Shown: positions 9,171 to 20,996, counted from the stretch's first letter. The stretch is DNA of 64,000 nt from an uncultured Spirochaetota bacterium (GCA_963845535.1 CAWJSK010000012.1:1-64000), one strand, 5' to 3'. A program made the numbers and translations. Notes: a model not told the origin generated them from the letters alone.

Positions 9171-11804
9171 TTACTCTGGAAGGATCTCGAGCTGGCGAGC
9201 CTTTGCGATTGCCTGCGTTCGGCTCGAGACATCGAGTTTTGCGTAAATGTTGGAGGTGTACCACTTCACAGTCCGAACCGACAGGTAGAGCGCGGCAGCA
9301 ACTTCCTTATTTGACAGCCCCTGGGAGAGCAGTGTCAGCACCTTTATCTCTCGGACGCTCAGGGATTCGACAGAGTGCGGCTGCGTTTCGGCCGCCGCTC
9401 TGCTTTGCTGATCCAGAGGGAAGGCGGCCAGCAGCTTTCCGATGAATGGGTGGTCAACCCCCAAGGCTCGCGCACGATAGAGAATCCGGGCCAACTCCGG
9501 ACCCTCATCGACAAACGGCTGCACTATCCCCCGCTCGGCGGCAAACGACAATCCGCGTTCCAGGACGGACGTGGCCTCGTCAATCTCTTCAGTCTGCCAA
9601 TAGGCCTGCACCAGGACTATGTCAGCCTGGAGCGCATGTAGTTCTCTCTTCTGTTCCCGCGCCCGAAATGCGACTGGAAGCGCCAGGTCAAGGCACCCGC
9701 GAGGGTTCTTCTCGAGCAGGGCCAGCCGCGCTCGGGCCAGAATCTCCAGATCGGACACCAGCGCTTCCACATAGGAAACGTCCGTGCTCAGAACATCGTG
9801 TAGCGGAGGCTCTTTCATGAGAGCGCGAGCTTCCTGCAACCGCCCGCACCGCAACAATACAAGGGCCCGATGGGCTCCTACCAATCGAGTGAAATAGAGG
9901 GGTATGGTGGGCCTGCTGGCAAGTTCCTCAGCGGACCGCAACGCGTCGAGCGCACCGGCTTCCCGGCCTTTGGCCAGCAGGGCATGGGCGATGCCGAGGC
10001 TCGTGTAGAAGGTGTTCAGATCGAGCCAATTCGCGTAAGTCTCCATCCCTTCGCGGAAAAGCTCCAAGGCACCGTCGATGTTGCCCCGAAGCCGGCTGAT
10101 TTCTCCAAGACCGATCAACGCCCAGGCCACATATCCCTTGCGGGAGCCGCCGGGGTGTGCCACAAGGTCAATAGTTCGCTGATACGTCTGCTCTCCGCTG
10201 TCGATCTCGCCGCGCTCTACCATGGCCCGCGCCTTATGGGCGAGAGCCTCCGCTGCCACCAGCAGGTTCCCGGCCTGCAGCGATTCTTCGGCCGCCGACT
10301 CCAGCAGGTCGATCGCCTCACTTGTCTCCCCCGAGGCGAGCCGCGCCACTGCCACCCTGAACTTCGCATGCCCGCTGACAAACAAGTCCGGTTCGTCGAT
10401 GATTCGGGCAGCCTTCTCGGATAGCTGCAGGGCCTGCTCGTCCTTGCCTTGAAGCCCTGCGAGGTAGCTGCGCAGGCACAATACCTGGGCCTCGTACGCT
10501 CCGGTTCCTCTGATCGCGTCCAACTCCCGCTCGATCTGCCCCAGCGGCCGCCCGTCTTCGATCCCCGCCCAGGCTCGTAGCAGCATGATCACCGGGTACC
10601 TGACGCAAATCTCGTCCGGGAGCCAGCCGATCCACTTCCTGGCAACCATCAGCTCGCCTTGCTTCATCAGCCACTCGGCGCGTCCATTGATGAGCTCGGC
10701 GGCAGCGTCCATATCGCCCGAAGCGACGCGGTGATTGATCGCCTCAACGGGTTGGTTGTGTGCCACGAACCACTCCGACGCTTTGCGGTGAAGAACCGGA
10801 AGCTCGTCCGCATGATCGTCCTGCAGACGAGCCAACAGTACCTCGGAAAAGAGATGGTGCAAGCGAAACCAGCGGTGTTCTTCATCCTGTGGGCTCACAA
10901 ACAGGTTCTGCCGATCCATCGCGGAAAGCACCTCGCGTGAATCCGTGCGGCCCGTCACCGCGTTACACAGGTCGGCCGACAATCGCTCTAGGATCGAACA
11001 GCGTTCCAGGAACTCCAGTATCAGTGGATCCAGCCGAGAGAGCACTTCTTCTACCAGGTAGTCGCGCAGGTAGCGCTGCCGGCCGATCAGCTCCCCGATG
11101 AGGCGGGAGGGGTCGGCGCCGTCCCTGAACGAGGAGGTCAGGATTTGCAGCCCCGCGACCCACCCCTCGGTGGCAAGAGACAGCGACTGCACCACATCCC
11201 TCGCCAAGTCGACTCCGCTCACTTCCGTGAGGAAGGCTTGTATTTCCTGGAAGGTGAGGGCGAGATCGGACTGACGGACCTCGACCAGCTCCGCCTGGCC
11301 CCGCAGCTTCGCCAGACGCAGCGCCGGGTCGACCCGGGTAATGATCACCAGGTGGGCCGTCGCCGGCAAGTGCTCGAGCAGCAGCATCACGAGGTCGTTC
11401 ACCTCTGCACTCTCGGCAAGGTGGTAGTCGTCCAGGATCACGATTGTTTCCCGCCGCCGGGCGGTGAGTGCGTTGAGGAACGCGACCCATCGATTCGACC
11501 CCTTCGCGCTTTCCTGCTCTTCGAGCTGGTCAAGCGCAGCCCCGAGATACATCGTTACCCGCTGGGCGGAGTTGTCCAGCCGACCGAGGTTCACCCAGCA
11601 ATAGTCGAAGGACCGTTCGCCCAGCCAGGATGCGACCAGGGTGGTTTTTCCGTACCCCGCTGGCGCGGAGACAATCGTGAGCTTGCGTGCGGCGCCGTTG
11701 TCGAGCTGCTCATAAAGACGCCTACGGTGGACAATGTTTCTAAGCGGGGGACGGACAATCTTGATCTGGAGGATCGATTCGCTTCCCAATTCGCCGTCCG
11801 TCAA
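9171..11804 (-). CDS. MalT-like LuxR-family regulator (STAND ATPase-TPR-HTH)
   Basis: APAGYGKTT P-loop, ILDDYH, TEGWVAGL, WFRLHHLF, and a C-terminal LuxR HTH (GLSNKEVA..LYLSVRTVK...KLDV). Confidence 0.93.
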   Translation of the reverse strand: MTDGELGSESILQIKIVRPPLRNIVHRRRLYEQLDNGAARKLTIVSAPAGYGKTTLVASWLGERSFDYCWVNLGRLDNSAQRVTMYLGAALDQLEEQESAKGSNRWVAFLNALTARRRETIVILDDYHLAESAEVNDLVMLLLEHLPATAHLVIITRVDPALRLAKLRGQAELVEVRQSDLALTFQEIQAFLTEVSGVDLARDVVQSLSLATEGWVAGLQILTSSFRDGADPSRLIGELIGRQRYLRDYLVEEVLSRLDPLILEFLERCSILERLSADLCNAVTGRTDSREVLSAMDRQNLFVSPQDEEHRWFRLHHLFSEVLLARLQDDHADELPVLHRKASEWFVAHNQPVEAINHRVASGDMDAAAELINGRAEWLMKQGELMVARKWIGWLPDEICVRYPVIMLLRAWAGIEDGRPLGQIERELDAIRGTGAYEAQVLCLRSYLAGLQGKDEQALQLSEKAARIIDEPDLFVSGHAKFRVAVARLASGETSEAIDLLESAAEESLQAGNLLVAAEALAHKARAMVERGEIDSGEQTYQRTIDLVAHPGGSRKGYVAWALIGLGEISRLRGNIDGALELFREGMETYANWLDLNTFYTSLGIAHALLAKGREAGALDALRSAEELASRPTIPLYFTRLVGAHRALVLLRCGRLQEARALMKEPPLHDVLSTDVSYVEALVSDLEILARARLALLEKNPRGCLDLALPVAFRAREQKRELHALQADIVLVQAYWQTEEIDEATSVLERGLSFAAERGIVQPFVDEGPELARILYRARALGVDHPFIGKLLAAFPLDQQSRAAAETQPHSVESLSVREIKVLTLLSQGLSNKEVAAALYLSVRTVKWYTSNIYAKLDVSSRTQAIAKARQLEILPE

Positions 11805-11966
11805 AGCGGTTCTGCTCCTCAGCCACTGTTGGCGATGCAGGGATTATAGTCCGGCCGCAACTGGCGGGCAAGGACTTCAGGCCAGCCATAATCCGTACCA
11901 CAACAGAACTTTCGTACAGTTACAACCGAGGTGCCTTTCGGCAATATTCGTGCATGGAGGAATGCA

Positions 11967-12605
11967 ATGAGCACAGTTGCGGTGCTGGGCGCCACAGGGC
12001 GTACTGGGAGAATCTTTGTTCAGGAAGCCGTCAGACGAGGCCATACCGTGAAGGCCTTCGTGCGAAATGTCAACGCGCGAAAAGACTTCCCACAGGGTGT
12101 GAATGTGATTCAAGGAGACGCGACGGATGAGAGCTCCCTTCAACAATTAATCGAGGGGGCCGATGTGGTCGTCAGCCTTCTTGGCCAGGCCAAAGGCTCG
12201 TCTTCGGATCTCAAGGTGAAGTCAACAAGGCTGTCGTTGTCCATCATGCAGCGCAAAGGGGTCAAACGTTTCCTTCGGTTGGCCAGCGCTCCCTTTGGTG
12301 TCACTGGGGAAGGCGATGAACCGACCGGTGGCCAGAGGCTAATGACAGGATTGGTGAAGCTTTTCGCTGGCTCCCTGGTGAACGACGAACGGAAGGCTTC
12401 GGAAGATGTCCGCCATAGTTCCGTCGAGTGGACTCTCGTCCGGGCACCGATCCTCACCGACACACCCTATCCTGGAAAGTACCAAGTTGGCTCCTTGGGC
12501 AGGAAGTCGGGCCGAAGGGTCTCCCGGGCGACAATTGCCCAATTCATCCTGGATGAAATCGAGAATGGAAAACACATTCGCAAATCACCCTTGGTGACGG
12601 ATTGA
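11967..12605 (+). CDS. NAD(P)H-binding oxidoreductase (flavin/biliverdin reductase B-like SDR)
   Basis: VAVLGATGRTG, EWTLVRAP, VSRATIA; GGAGG RBS. Confidence 0.88.
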   Translation: MSTVAVLGATGRTGRIFVQEAVRRGHTVKAFVRNVNARKDFPQGVNVIQGDATDESSLQQLIEGADVVVSLLGQAKGSSSDLKVKSTRLSLSIMQRKGVKRFLRLASAPFGVTGEGDEPTGGQRLMTGLVKLFAGSLVNDERKASEDVRHSSVEWTLVRAPILTDTPYPGKYQVGSLGRKSGRRVSRATIAQFILDEIENGKHIRKSPLVTD

Positions 12606-12713
12606 CGAGGTCGCAGAGCGAGTCTTCGCCGCAAAAAAGAGACAAATAATGAACATCGCAGCGTGGGTAGTGAAAAGCGAAGGACCGTCCGTGGATTGTG
12701 AAGGAGAGACATC

Positions 12714-14637
12714 ATGAATACGAAACGCAATTTGCAAAACAAGAACCCAAAAGAAGAAGAGAATCGCAGGCAGAATCGACAGCGTCTGGTGAGATACGCT
12801 GTCACGTATCTGATCACCGGATTGATTGTGGCGTGGCTTTATCAGCAATTCATTCTTCCCCCGGCAATGAAGATAGAGAACATCCCTTACAGCGAGTTCA
12901 AGGCCAAACTCAAAGCCGGTCAGGTCGTCTCGGTCACCCTTGGCGATACACATATTGCCGGCACGATGAAGAACCTCGCTTCTTCGTCGGAGAAGAATCC
13001 GACGGTGCGATTCGATACCGTCTCAGTCAGAAGCGGAGACCCGACGTTGATTGAAGAGTTGGACGCTGCTGGCGTGACCTACGACGTGCAGCCGCCCCCG
13101 AGCCCGCTGAGCGGTTTCCTCCTCAGTTGGGTTTTGCCTTTCGCTTTGATCGCCGGAGTCTACTATCTTTTCTACAGACGAATGGGAAGCGGCACTGCGG
13201 GAGGTGCCGGCGGCATCTTTGGCATCGGGAAGAACAAGGCCACGGAGGTGAAGCCTGAGGAAGTCGGAGTTACCTACAAGGATGTAGGCGGAGCGGACGA
13301 GGCTATCGCCGAGCTGCAGGAGATCATCCAGTTTCTCAAGACCCCCGAGCAGTTTGCGAAACTAGGCGGCCACATTCCCAAGGGCGTGCTGCTCATCGGC
13401 CCGCCAGGAACGGGCAAAACCCTTCTGGCAAAAGCGACCGCCGGAGAAGCAGGCGTGCCCTTTTTCGAGACCAGTGGCTCGGAGTTCGTCGAGATGTTTG
13501 TCGGGGTAGGCGCGGCGCGCGTGCGGGACCTGTTCGCACAGGCGCACAAGAGCGCGCCCGCGATCGTCTTTATTGACGAGATCGACGCTATCGGACAAAG
13601 CCGAGCGTCGGGAGCCGCGAGGATGGGCACGAACGACGAACGGGAGCAAACGCTCAACCAACTGCTCGACGAGATCGACGGTTTCAAGAGCGACATGACC
13701 AGTCCCGTGATCATCATGGCGGCCACGAACCGCCCTGAGGTGCTCGATCCCGCCTTGATGCGAGCGGGCGATTTGACCGACAGGTTGCCGTAGGCAACCC
13801 TGACTTGATCGGCCGGCAGCAGATTCTGAAGATTCACTGCAAAGGGATCACGCTCGCACCGATTTCGATATTGAGCAGGCTGCCCGCATGTCGCCGGGCC
13901 TCAGCGGAGCAGAGCTGGCGAACGCCATGAACGAGGCTGCACTTCTTGCTGCACGCGAGCGTCATGATGCGGTCACGCTGAAGGATTTCGAGGCTGCGAT
14001 GGAACGGGCGGTGGCCGGATTGGAGAAGAAAACCCGTGTGATGAACGAGCAGGAGCGCAAGTCCGTCGCCTACCATGAGTCCGGACATGCGTTGGTCGCA
14101 GCACTTCTGCCGCACGCTGACCCGGTAAGTAAGATCAGTATCGTCCCGCGCACCCGCGGAGCGCTGGGCTACACGATGCAAGCGCCGACGGAAGATCGAT
14201 ACCTGCTCTCGATGGAAGAGCTGCAAGACCGCATCGCCATGATGCTGGGCGGAAGGGCCGCTGAGAAAGTGACCTTCAACACTGTCAGCACGGGGGCGAG
14301 CGATGACATACAGCGTGCAACTGAACTGGCGCGGCGGATGATCACCGAGTTCGGAATGAGCGAGAAGCTTGGTTCGGTGCGCTATGCAGGGCAGCAGCTC
14401 CAGTATCTGGGCGGAGCCATTGAGGACAATAGCCAGATCAGTCCGGAAACTCGCAAGGTGATTGACGAGGAGATCAGGCGCATCGTCACGGAGCAATACG
14501 AACGCGCGCAGGAGCTCTTGAGGAAGCACCAGGCCGCTTTGCAAAGGCTAAGCCAGTCCCTCTTGACTCATGAGTCAGTCGATGGCAGCGCGGTACGGGA
14601 GGCGCTTCAAGCCTCGCCGGGTGCCGCGTCCTCCTGA
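12714..14637 (+). CDS. ftsH: ATP-dependent zinc metalloprotease FtsH (two single-base frameshifts near 13768 and 13860)
   Basis: Two TMs, [33 protein letters not shown] zinc motif, GGRAAE, GASDD. Confidence 0.93.
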
Positions 14638-14659
14638 TCATGCAGGATGGTGGTGACTG

Positions 14660-14690
14660 AGTTGGGAGCGGCAACGTGCCGCTCCCAACT
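14660..14690. terminator. Hairpin between convergent ftsH and hdeD-like genes
   Basis: Perfect 14-bp stem agttgggagcggca / tgccgctcccaact with a 3-nt loop. Confidence 0.7.
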
Positions 14691-14708
14691 TCTAGGCGGG
14701 GCGTCGCG

Positions 14709-15251
14709 CTACTTCGCGGGACGATGCATGCGAATCCTGATGCCCAACACAATCAGGATAACGCCGAACACGAAGGCGTAGATTCCCAAGAGCCAAATCA
14801 GCGCCAGGATCCCCGTGCCAGGAAAAATCATCAGGAGGACGGCGAAAAGGATTGAGACAATGCCGGAGAATATCCACCATACCTCCCCCTGGATCTCCTT
14901 GCGAAGGCGGATGGCCCCGACAATCTCCAAGATGCCAGTCGCGAGGCTCCACGCTGCGATGTAAAAGAGAAGGCCGACCGCGGTCACGCCGGGTGCGAAG
15001 AAGGTAATGACCCCGATACCTATCCCTAATAACCCCTCGAACAACAGCAGCCACCTGTCATCACGGGCCTTCCAGCCTCCGATGGCCTTTACTACCAGGA
15101 AAATCCCGTCGACAAAGACGTAAATACCAAAGACGATGATGAGTGCCGCAATCGTAATAGCAGGCCAGGCGAAGACCATGACACCGAGCGCAATGGCAAG
15201 GATGCCTCGAGCGATGAACGCCCACCAGTAGCGGGTCAGTACCTCTAACAT
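14709..15251 (-). CDS. HdeD-family (DUF308) membrane protein
   Basis: WWAFIARGILAIALG..WP, with repeated hydrophobic hairpins; 180 aa. Confidence 0.9.
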   Translation of the reverse strand: MLEVLTRYWWAFIARGILAIALGVMVFAWPAITIAALIIVFGIYVFVDGIFLVVKAIGGWKARDDRWLLLFEGLLGIGIGVITFFAPGVTAVGLLFYIAAWSLATGILEIVGAIRLRKEIQGEVWWIFSGIVSILFAVLLMIFPGTGILALIWLLGIYAFVFGVILIVLGIRIRMHRPAK

Positions 15252-15718
15252 GCTACTCCCCCTTGCGGGAGCTTTGCTTCTGGAGCTCCTTGTTGAACAT
15301 CTTCTCCCGACTTTGACTCGATTCTATCAGAAAAGCTCGACGGCGCAAGGGAATTCCACGGCGGCCACGGCGCCGACTCCGCCGTGCAATCGCGATTTCG
15401 GACATACAATTTGGTTTTCGTCCAGTCAATTCATGATCGGATCAGGCCATCGGGGGTCATCGTCTTCATTGATGTTGAATGTGGGGCATTTCGTGCGTTC
15501 TGGAAGACAGGCCTCGTCGGAACACTGTTCGCGACACCAGACGGGCGCGGCCGCCAGCCCCCGCCGCGTGCAGACTCTTTGGAAGAACAGAGGAGGAAAT
15601 TCGCGCGATCGGGCCAGCAGGTCTTGCGGATCAAGTGAACAAACGCGGCGTGACACTTCTCAAGAGCAGTAACGACATCGATCCTGATTCAGCCAGCAGC
15701 GGCACGCGGGCGGCGCCA

Positions 15719-16019
15719 CTACAGGTCGATGCTCGCGCCGAGCGCGGAGGAATGGAAGCCGCGGTAGCTGTGATCGAAGACGAGCTCGGCGCTGGGTCCA
15801 AGGTCCATTTCGTCAGTGCAGGCAACAGCCTCAGGGTAATACGGAATGACGGCGCCACGGCGGACGTACAGGGGCACCCGTGAGAGGGGTTGCTCGACGC
15901 GGCCCAGCGCGACGGGGCCGTTGATCCGCTGACCGGTCCAGAAGTCGATCCACTCGCCGGCGGGAAGGTATACGCTCCGTACCCCCGCGGAGCTCAGGAT
16001 GAGAGCCACCAGGAACGAG
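15719..16019 (-). pseudogene. Orphan 3' end of a GH31 gene, paralogous to 24765-25065
   Basis: Colinear 99-aa match with 19 substitutions to the C-terminus of the 24765..27047 protein. Confidence 0.85.
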
Positions 16020-16131
16020 GCAGGGCCTGCAGTGGAAGCCATAAGGAGGCTGCACGGCATGTAGGAAGGAACGGACGGCGCGTGTGTCTGTTTCTTGCGT
16101 TTTGCCCGGGAAATGGCACAATACAGCCACC

Positions 16132-17956
16132 ATGCGCACGCCATCCCTGCTTCGTTTCATCTCGGCGAAGCGAAGCTTCAGGTATCGGCTGATCGTTTCC
16201 TTCTGCATCCTCTCGATCGTGCCGGTGATAGTCATTCAGATCGTATCCTACTACAACATCGCGGACAAACTGCAGAAAAAGATCGATGCCCTCGAAAATA
16301 CCAATCTCCTGCAGACTCGCAAGATAATCAGAACGAACTTGAACTTTTACGAGGACCTTCTCTACCAGATGTATACGGACGACCGCATCATCGACCTGGT
16401 CAATAAGGTGAACAGCGGAGACAACGTGGAGTTCAATTCGGGCCAGCTTCGGCAGGGCGCTGCATTCCTACGCCTACGCCATGCCCTACGTGCAATCGAT
16501 CGTCGTCCTGACCAGCGGCGGGAAGATGGTGTTCGATGATCTCCTGACCGGCTACAATACAAAGACCTCCTGGCTGGACACCGCGGGCGGCCAGCCGTCC
16601 CAACTCTACCAATCCGTGATCGAGGCCAACGAGACACGCGTCTTCCCGACGCAGCTTGCCTCCTTTTTTACATCGAGGAAATATTACCTTTTCCATCTGG
16701 CGCACCGCCTGGTCGACTACAAGGATATAAGGACAAAAAACGGCGTCATCATACTTTCGATCGACGAGAGGATGCTTGGCGAGATTTGTGACGAGCGGCC
16801 GGATCAGCCTTCAGGCGGCACCACGGAGGACTCAATCTTCATCCTCTCCGCGGACGGGACCGTTGTCTCCTTTCCTGACAAGTCCCTTGTCGGGAAGCGT
16901 CTCGATCTTCCCGCGGATCCGACACTGCGGAGCACCGCGATCAAGCGCATGGTATCCGGCGGCGGAAGCTCGAGCACCCGGAGACTGTCGCTCTACGAGC
17001 TGCGTGACGCGAAAACGGGTTGGAGCATCATAGCGGCGCGGAACCAGGGCGCTTTGTACCAGGAGATATCGCGCCAGCAGCGGCTTACGATCGTTGTTGT
17101 CCTGTCCTCGGTGGCCGTGCTTTTTGCCATCATCTTTTTCATCACGGGACGCTTGACGAGATCGATCCGCGTCGTTGTCGCCGCCATGAATGCGGCGGCA
17201 GCCGGTGACCTTTCCGGGAGGATCGTAAAAAGCAGGGAGATGCCGCTGGAGATCGACGAGATTGCCGCGAACTTCAACAGCATGATCGGCAAAATCGGCG
17301 CTTTGGTCGAAGAAGTGCATGCCGCCTCAACGAAGCAAAGGAACGCGGAGATTGCGGCCCTGGAGGCCCAGGTCAATCCGCATTTCCTCTACAACACGCT
17401 GGACACGATCAACTGGATGGCGATTGATCGCAACGAGCTCGAGATCAGCAATGCAATCAGCACGTTGGCGGAGATCTTCCGCTATGGGATCGACAACAGC
17501 AACGGAATCGTGGAGATCGAGCAGGAAGTGGCGTGGCTGAGGAATTACATCTCCCTTCAGCAGACGCGCCTGAAGGGCTCCTTCGAGTTCAAGCTGGACC
17601 TCGATCCCGCGGCCCGCGCCTGCCATATCCACAAGCTGCTCTTCCAGCCTTTCGTGGAGAATGCCATCCTTCACGGCTTCCGTGGCGTGGAGGGCAGGCA
17701 TCTGCTGGCCGTCTCCATCTCCCGGGAGGATGGAAGGGTTCGAATCGTCATCGCCGACAATGGGAAGGGCATCAGCGAAAGCGCAATTCAGGACCTGCGG
17801 AACGGGCCGGTTCAGGAGCCCGGCGGGAAAGGCCATATCGGCATGCGTGCGGCAATCGCGCGCATAAAGATGTACTACGGAAGCGGGACGCGCGTTGAGG
17901 TGGAGGGCGCCCCCGGAGCGGGAACGCGCGTGCGCATCGACTTCCCCGCGGCGTAG
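16132..17956 (+). CDS. YesM/LytS-type sensor histidine kinase (frameshift near 16452)
   Basis: TM-sensor-TM-HAMP; LEAQVNPHFLYNTL; QPFVENAILHG; DNGKG. Confidence 0.9.
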
Positions 17957-17999
17957 GCTGCGGCAGGAACGGCGGTGCGGCGGGAATGGGGCGGCAAGA

Positions 18000-19547
18000 A
18001 TGCCAATGAAGATAGCCATCGTAGAGGATGAGCTCCGGATACGGGAAGGCCTGGCTCGTCTCATCCGCAAGATCAATTCCTCGTATGAGATCGTGGGGGA
18101 GGCGGAGGACGGCCTTGCGGGGGTGCGCATCATCACCAGGCAGCGGCCGGAGCTTGTGATCACGGACGTGCGCATGCCGGATCTCGACGGCCTCGAGATG
18201 CTGAGGCGGCTGCGGGAAAAATCCATCAGGGTCAAGGCGATCGTGCTGAGCGCGTATTCGGACTTTTCCTACGCGCGGGAGGCCATCAAGCTCGGCGTCA
18301 ACGAGTACCTGCTCAAGCCGGTCAATATCGGGGACCTGACGCTGGCCCTGAAGCGGGTGGAGGAGCAGATAGCGCTCGAACGAGGGCCTCGGCGCAAAGA
18401 AGAGGGACTGACTCTTGAAGGCGTGCTGTATTCGCTCATCCTTGGCGGGGCCGGCGTCGACGAGGATCTGAGGTCCTTTCTGACGCAGCGCTGGGGGGTC
18501 AAGACGGAAGGGGCCTTCGCGCTTGCCGCCATCTACCTGGGATCCAGCTATGAGAGCGAAGCAAAGGTAGTCAAAAATCGCGCCGAGTCGATCCTTGGGA
18601 CGGCGCCCGGCTTCGAGCACCGGCTTCTGGAGTTGCCCGGGACCAGCAGGTTGGTCGTGGCGGCGTTCAATTTCGAAGCTGAGCGCGCGCTTCGGGACTG
18701 GTTCGACCGCTCATTTTTGCCGCGCCTCAAGGAGGCGTCGCGGAACGGCATCTGCGTCGGATGGGCTGCATTCAAAAATATCGCCCGGCTCAAGGACACA
18801 ATGCATGAGCTGGACGCCTGCCTGGACTGGAATATCGTCCTGGGCGGGGAGCACCTGCTTGTGTGGCCGGATGTCAACGGGAAAAGCTCCCATCCCCTGG
18901 CGTACCCGATCTCCATCGAAAGCGCGGTGAGATCCGCCCTTTCCGTGCATGACCGCGGGCGCTACGAGGAGGGGATAGCCGAGCTCATGCGCTATCTACG
19001 CGGGGATAATATCCATGCGCCGAGGGAGATCAAGAGCGTCCTCGTCAGGTTCGTCTGGAGCGTGCTCAATACCGCCCGAGAGATCGAGTACGAGACGTAC
19101 GCCTCGCTTGATCAGCAGAAGATATTGGAACGGATCACGTTTGCCGTAACCTGGCCGGAGCTGGAACAGGCTGGAAACATCCTGCTGCGGCTCTTTCCGA
19201 GGGACGAGGGCGGAGAGGCCCCGGGGAACGTTTCAATAGTCAGGCGCGCGAAAAACCTCGTCAGAGAGCTGTACGCGCAGGGCATCTCGCTCGGCGAGGT
19301 GGCGCTGAAGGTCAACGTGACCTCCGAGTACCTGAGCGCCCAGTTCCATCGAGCTACCGGCGTGACCTTCAGCTCCTATATCCGGGATTACCGACTCAAG
19401 AAAGCCAAGGAGCTGCTGATTGGGACGAACCTGAAGCTCCACTGCGTCGGGGAGCAGGTGGGATATGGGGACGCGAAATACTTTTGCAGGGTCTTCAAAG
19501 AGGCCACCGGCCTCAATCCTTCCGAATACCGCAAGGCAAACCGCTGA
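18000..19547 (+). CDS. YesN-type response regulator (receiver plus AraC HTH)
   Basis: IVEDE, ITDVRMP, YLLKP; C-terminal VGYGDAKYFCRVFKEATGLNPSEYR. Confidence 0.93.
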   Translation: MPMKIAIVEDELRIREGLARLIRKINSSYEIVGEAEDGLAGVRIITRQRPELVITDVRMPDLDGLEMLRRLREKSIRVKAIVLSAYSDFSYAREAIKLGVNEYLLKPVNIGDLTLALKRVEEQIALERGPRRKEEGLTLEGVLYSLILGGAGVDEDLRSFLTQRWGVKTEGAFALAAIYLGSSYESEAKVVKNRAESILGTAPGFEHRLLELPGTSRLVVAAFNFEAERALRDWFDRSFLPRLKEASRNGICVGWAAFKNIARLKDTMHELDACLDWNIVLGGEHLLVWPDVNGKSSHPLAYPISIESAVRSALSVHDRGRYEEGIAELMRYLRGDNIHAPREIKSVLVRFVWSVLNTAREIEYETYASLDQQKILERITFAVTWPELEQAGNILLRLFPRDEGGEAPGNVSIVRRAKNLVRELYAQGISLGEVALKVNVTSEYLSAQFHRATGVTFSSYIRDYRLKKAKELLIGTNLKLHCVGEQVGYGDAKYFCRVFKEATGLNPSEYRKANR

Positions 19548-19684
19548 CGATATGCACGCAAAGCGTAAACTTGTCCACCTTTCTTAAGAGATTCCGCGTT
19601 GTGCCCTGGGGAAGGCCGCCGTACCCTGCCATACGAGCGCAGTGGGCTCGTCGCAGCCGCCGCTCCAATCCAAGGAGGTTTGGA

Positions 19685-20896
19685 ATGAAGAGATTCCTCG
19701 TTTCGTCTCTCGTGATCTTCGCGATGGTCGCGGTGGTCACGAGCGGCGCTTTCGCCCAGTCGAAGAAGACGGTGACGATCTGGAATTACTGGGAAACGCC
19801 GAAGCATCAGGAGACTTTGGCCAGGGTCTGCAAGGATTTCAACTCGTCTCAGGACAAGATCGAGGTCGTGACGAAGTACATCCCCTTTGCGGACTTCAAG
19901 AAGCAGCTTTCCATCGGCGCGGCCGCCTCGGAGCTGCCGGACATCGTGATTATCGACAATCCTGATCACGCGTCCTACTCCGCAATGGGCATTTTTGCGG
20001 ACATCACGGACATGCTTGCCTCGTGGCCCGACCTCAAAGAGTATTTCGAAGGACCGCTCAATTCCTGCAAGCTGAACGGCAGACTCTACGGCATCCCCTT
20101 CGGGAGCAACTGCCTTTCCCTCTACTACAACGAGGACATGCTGAAGGCCGCCGGGGTCAAGCCTCCGAAGACCTGGGATGAGCTCAAGAGCGTCGCCCTC
20201 AAGACGACCAAGGGGAACGTCCACGGCTTCGGCATCAGCTCGGTCCAGAACGAGGAAGGCACGTTCGGCTTCCTCTGCTTCCTCTGGGGCAGCGGCAACA
20301 CATCGTTTCAGATCGACAACGCAAACGGCATCCGGGCGCTTTCCCTGGTCCGTGATCTCGCCAAGAGCGGGGCGATGCCCAAGGAAGTCATCAACTGGAC
20401 CCAGGGGGACGTGATGAACCAGTTCATCTCCGGGAACCTCGCAATGATGGTCAACGGGCCCTGGCAGGTCCCGACCATGCGCCAGCAGGCCCCGAACCTG
20501 AAGTGGAACGTCGTGCTGCTGCCCGTCGGCGCCAGGCCGGCCTCCGACCTCGGAGGGGAGAACTTCGGTGTCGTGAAGGGAGACAACGTGGAGGAGGCAA
20601 TCAGCTTCCTCAAGTTCGTGGCGAGCCCGGCGGAGATGAAGACCTACATCAACGACTTCGGCTACATCGCGTCCCGCAAGGACGTGGCCGCCACGCAGTT
20701 CGCCAACGATCCCGTCATGAAAGTGTTTGCCGCGCAGATGGCCTCCGCGAAGCCCCGCGGCCCGCATCCCCGCTGGCCCGAGATTTCCGACGCCCTGTCT
20801 CTCGCGATGAACGAGAGCATCACGGGTATCGCCGCCCCCGAGGCGGCCGCCGCGAAGGCGCAGAAGACCATCGACGCCATCGTCAAGGTGAAGTAG
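19685..20896 (+). CDS. Carbohydrate ABC transporter substrate-binding protein (CUT1)
   Basis: Signal peptide ending AFA; LPDI, LYGIP, LYYNEDML, AMMVNGPW; AAGGAGG RBS. Confidence 0.93.
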   Translation: MKRFLVSSLVIFAMVAVVTSGAFAQSKKTVTIWNYWETPKHQETLARVCKDFNSSQDKIEVVTKYIPFADFKKQLSIGAAASELPDIVIIDNPDHASYSAMGIFADITDMLASWPDLKEYFEGPLNSCKLNGRLYGIPFGSNCLSLYYNEDMLKAAGVKPPKTWDELKSVALKTTKGNVHGFGISSVQNEEGTFGFLCFLWGSGNTSFQIDNANGIRALSLVRDLAKSGAMPKEVINWTQGDVMNQFISGNLAMMVNGPWQVPTMRQQAPNLKWNVVLLPVGARPASDLGGENFGVVKGDNVEEAISFLKFVASPAEMKTYINDFGYIASRKDVAATQFANDPVMKVFAAQMASAKPRGPHPRWPEISDALSLAMNESITGIAAPEAAAAKAQKTIDAIVKVK

Positions 20897-20996
20897 GGCA
20901 GGCCGCTGTCATTGTCGTCGAGACGGAAGCGCGCAACGCTGAACGCGGCGCGCTTCCGCTCACTGCCAGCTCGGACCGCACGGGGGAATCCATACC

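Noticed and set aside
15330..15715. Short ORFs between hdeD and the GH31 remnant, vaguely resolvase-like
   Set aside because: No convincing catalytic motif is present in any frame; probably decayed sequence.
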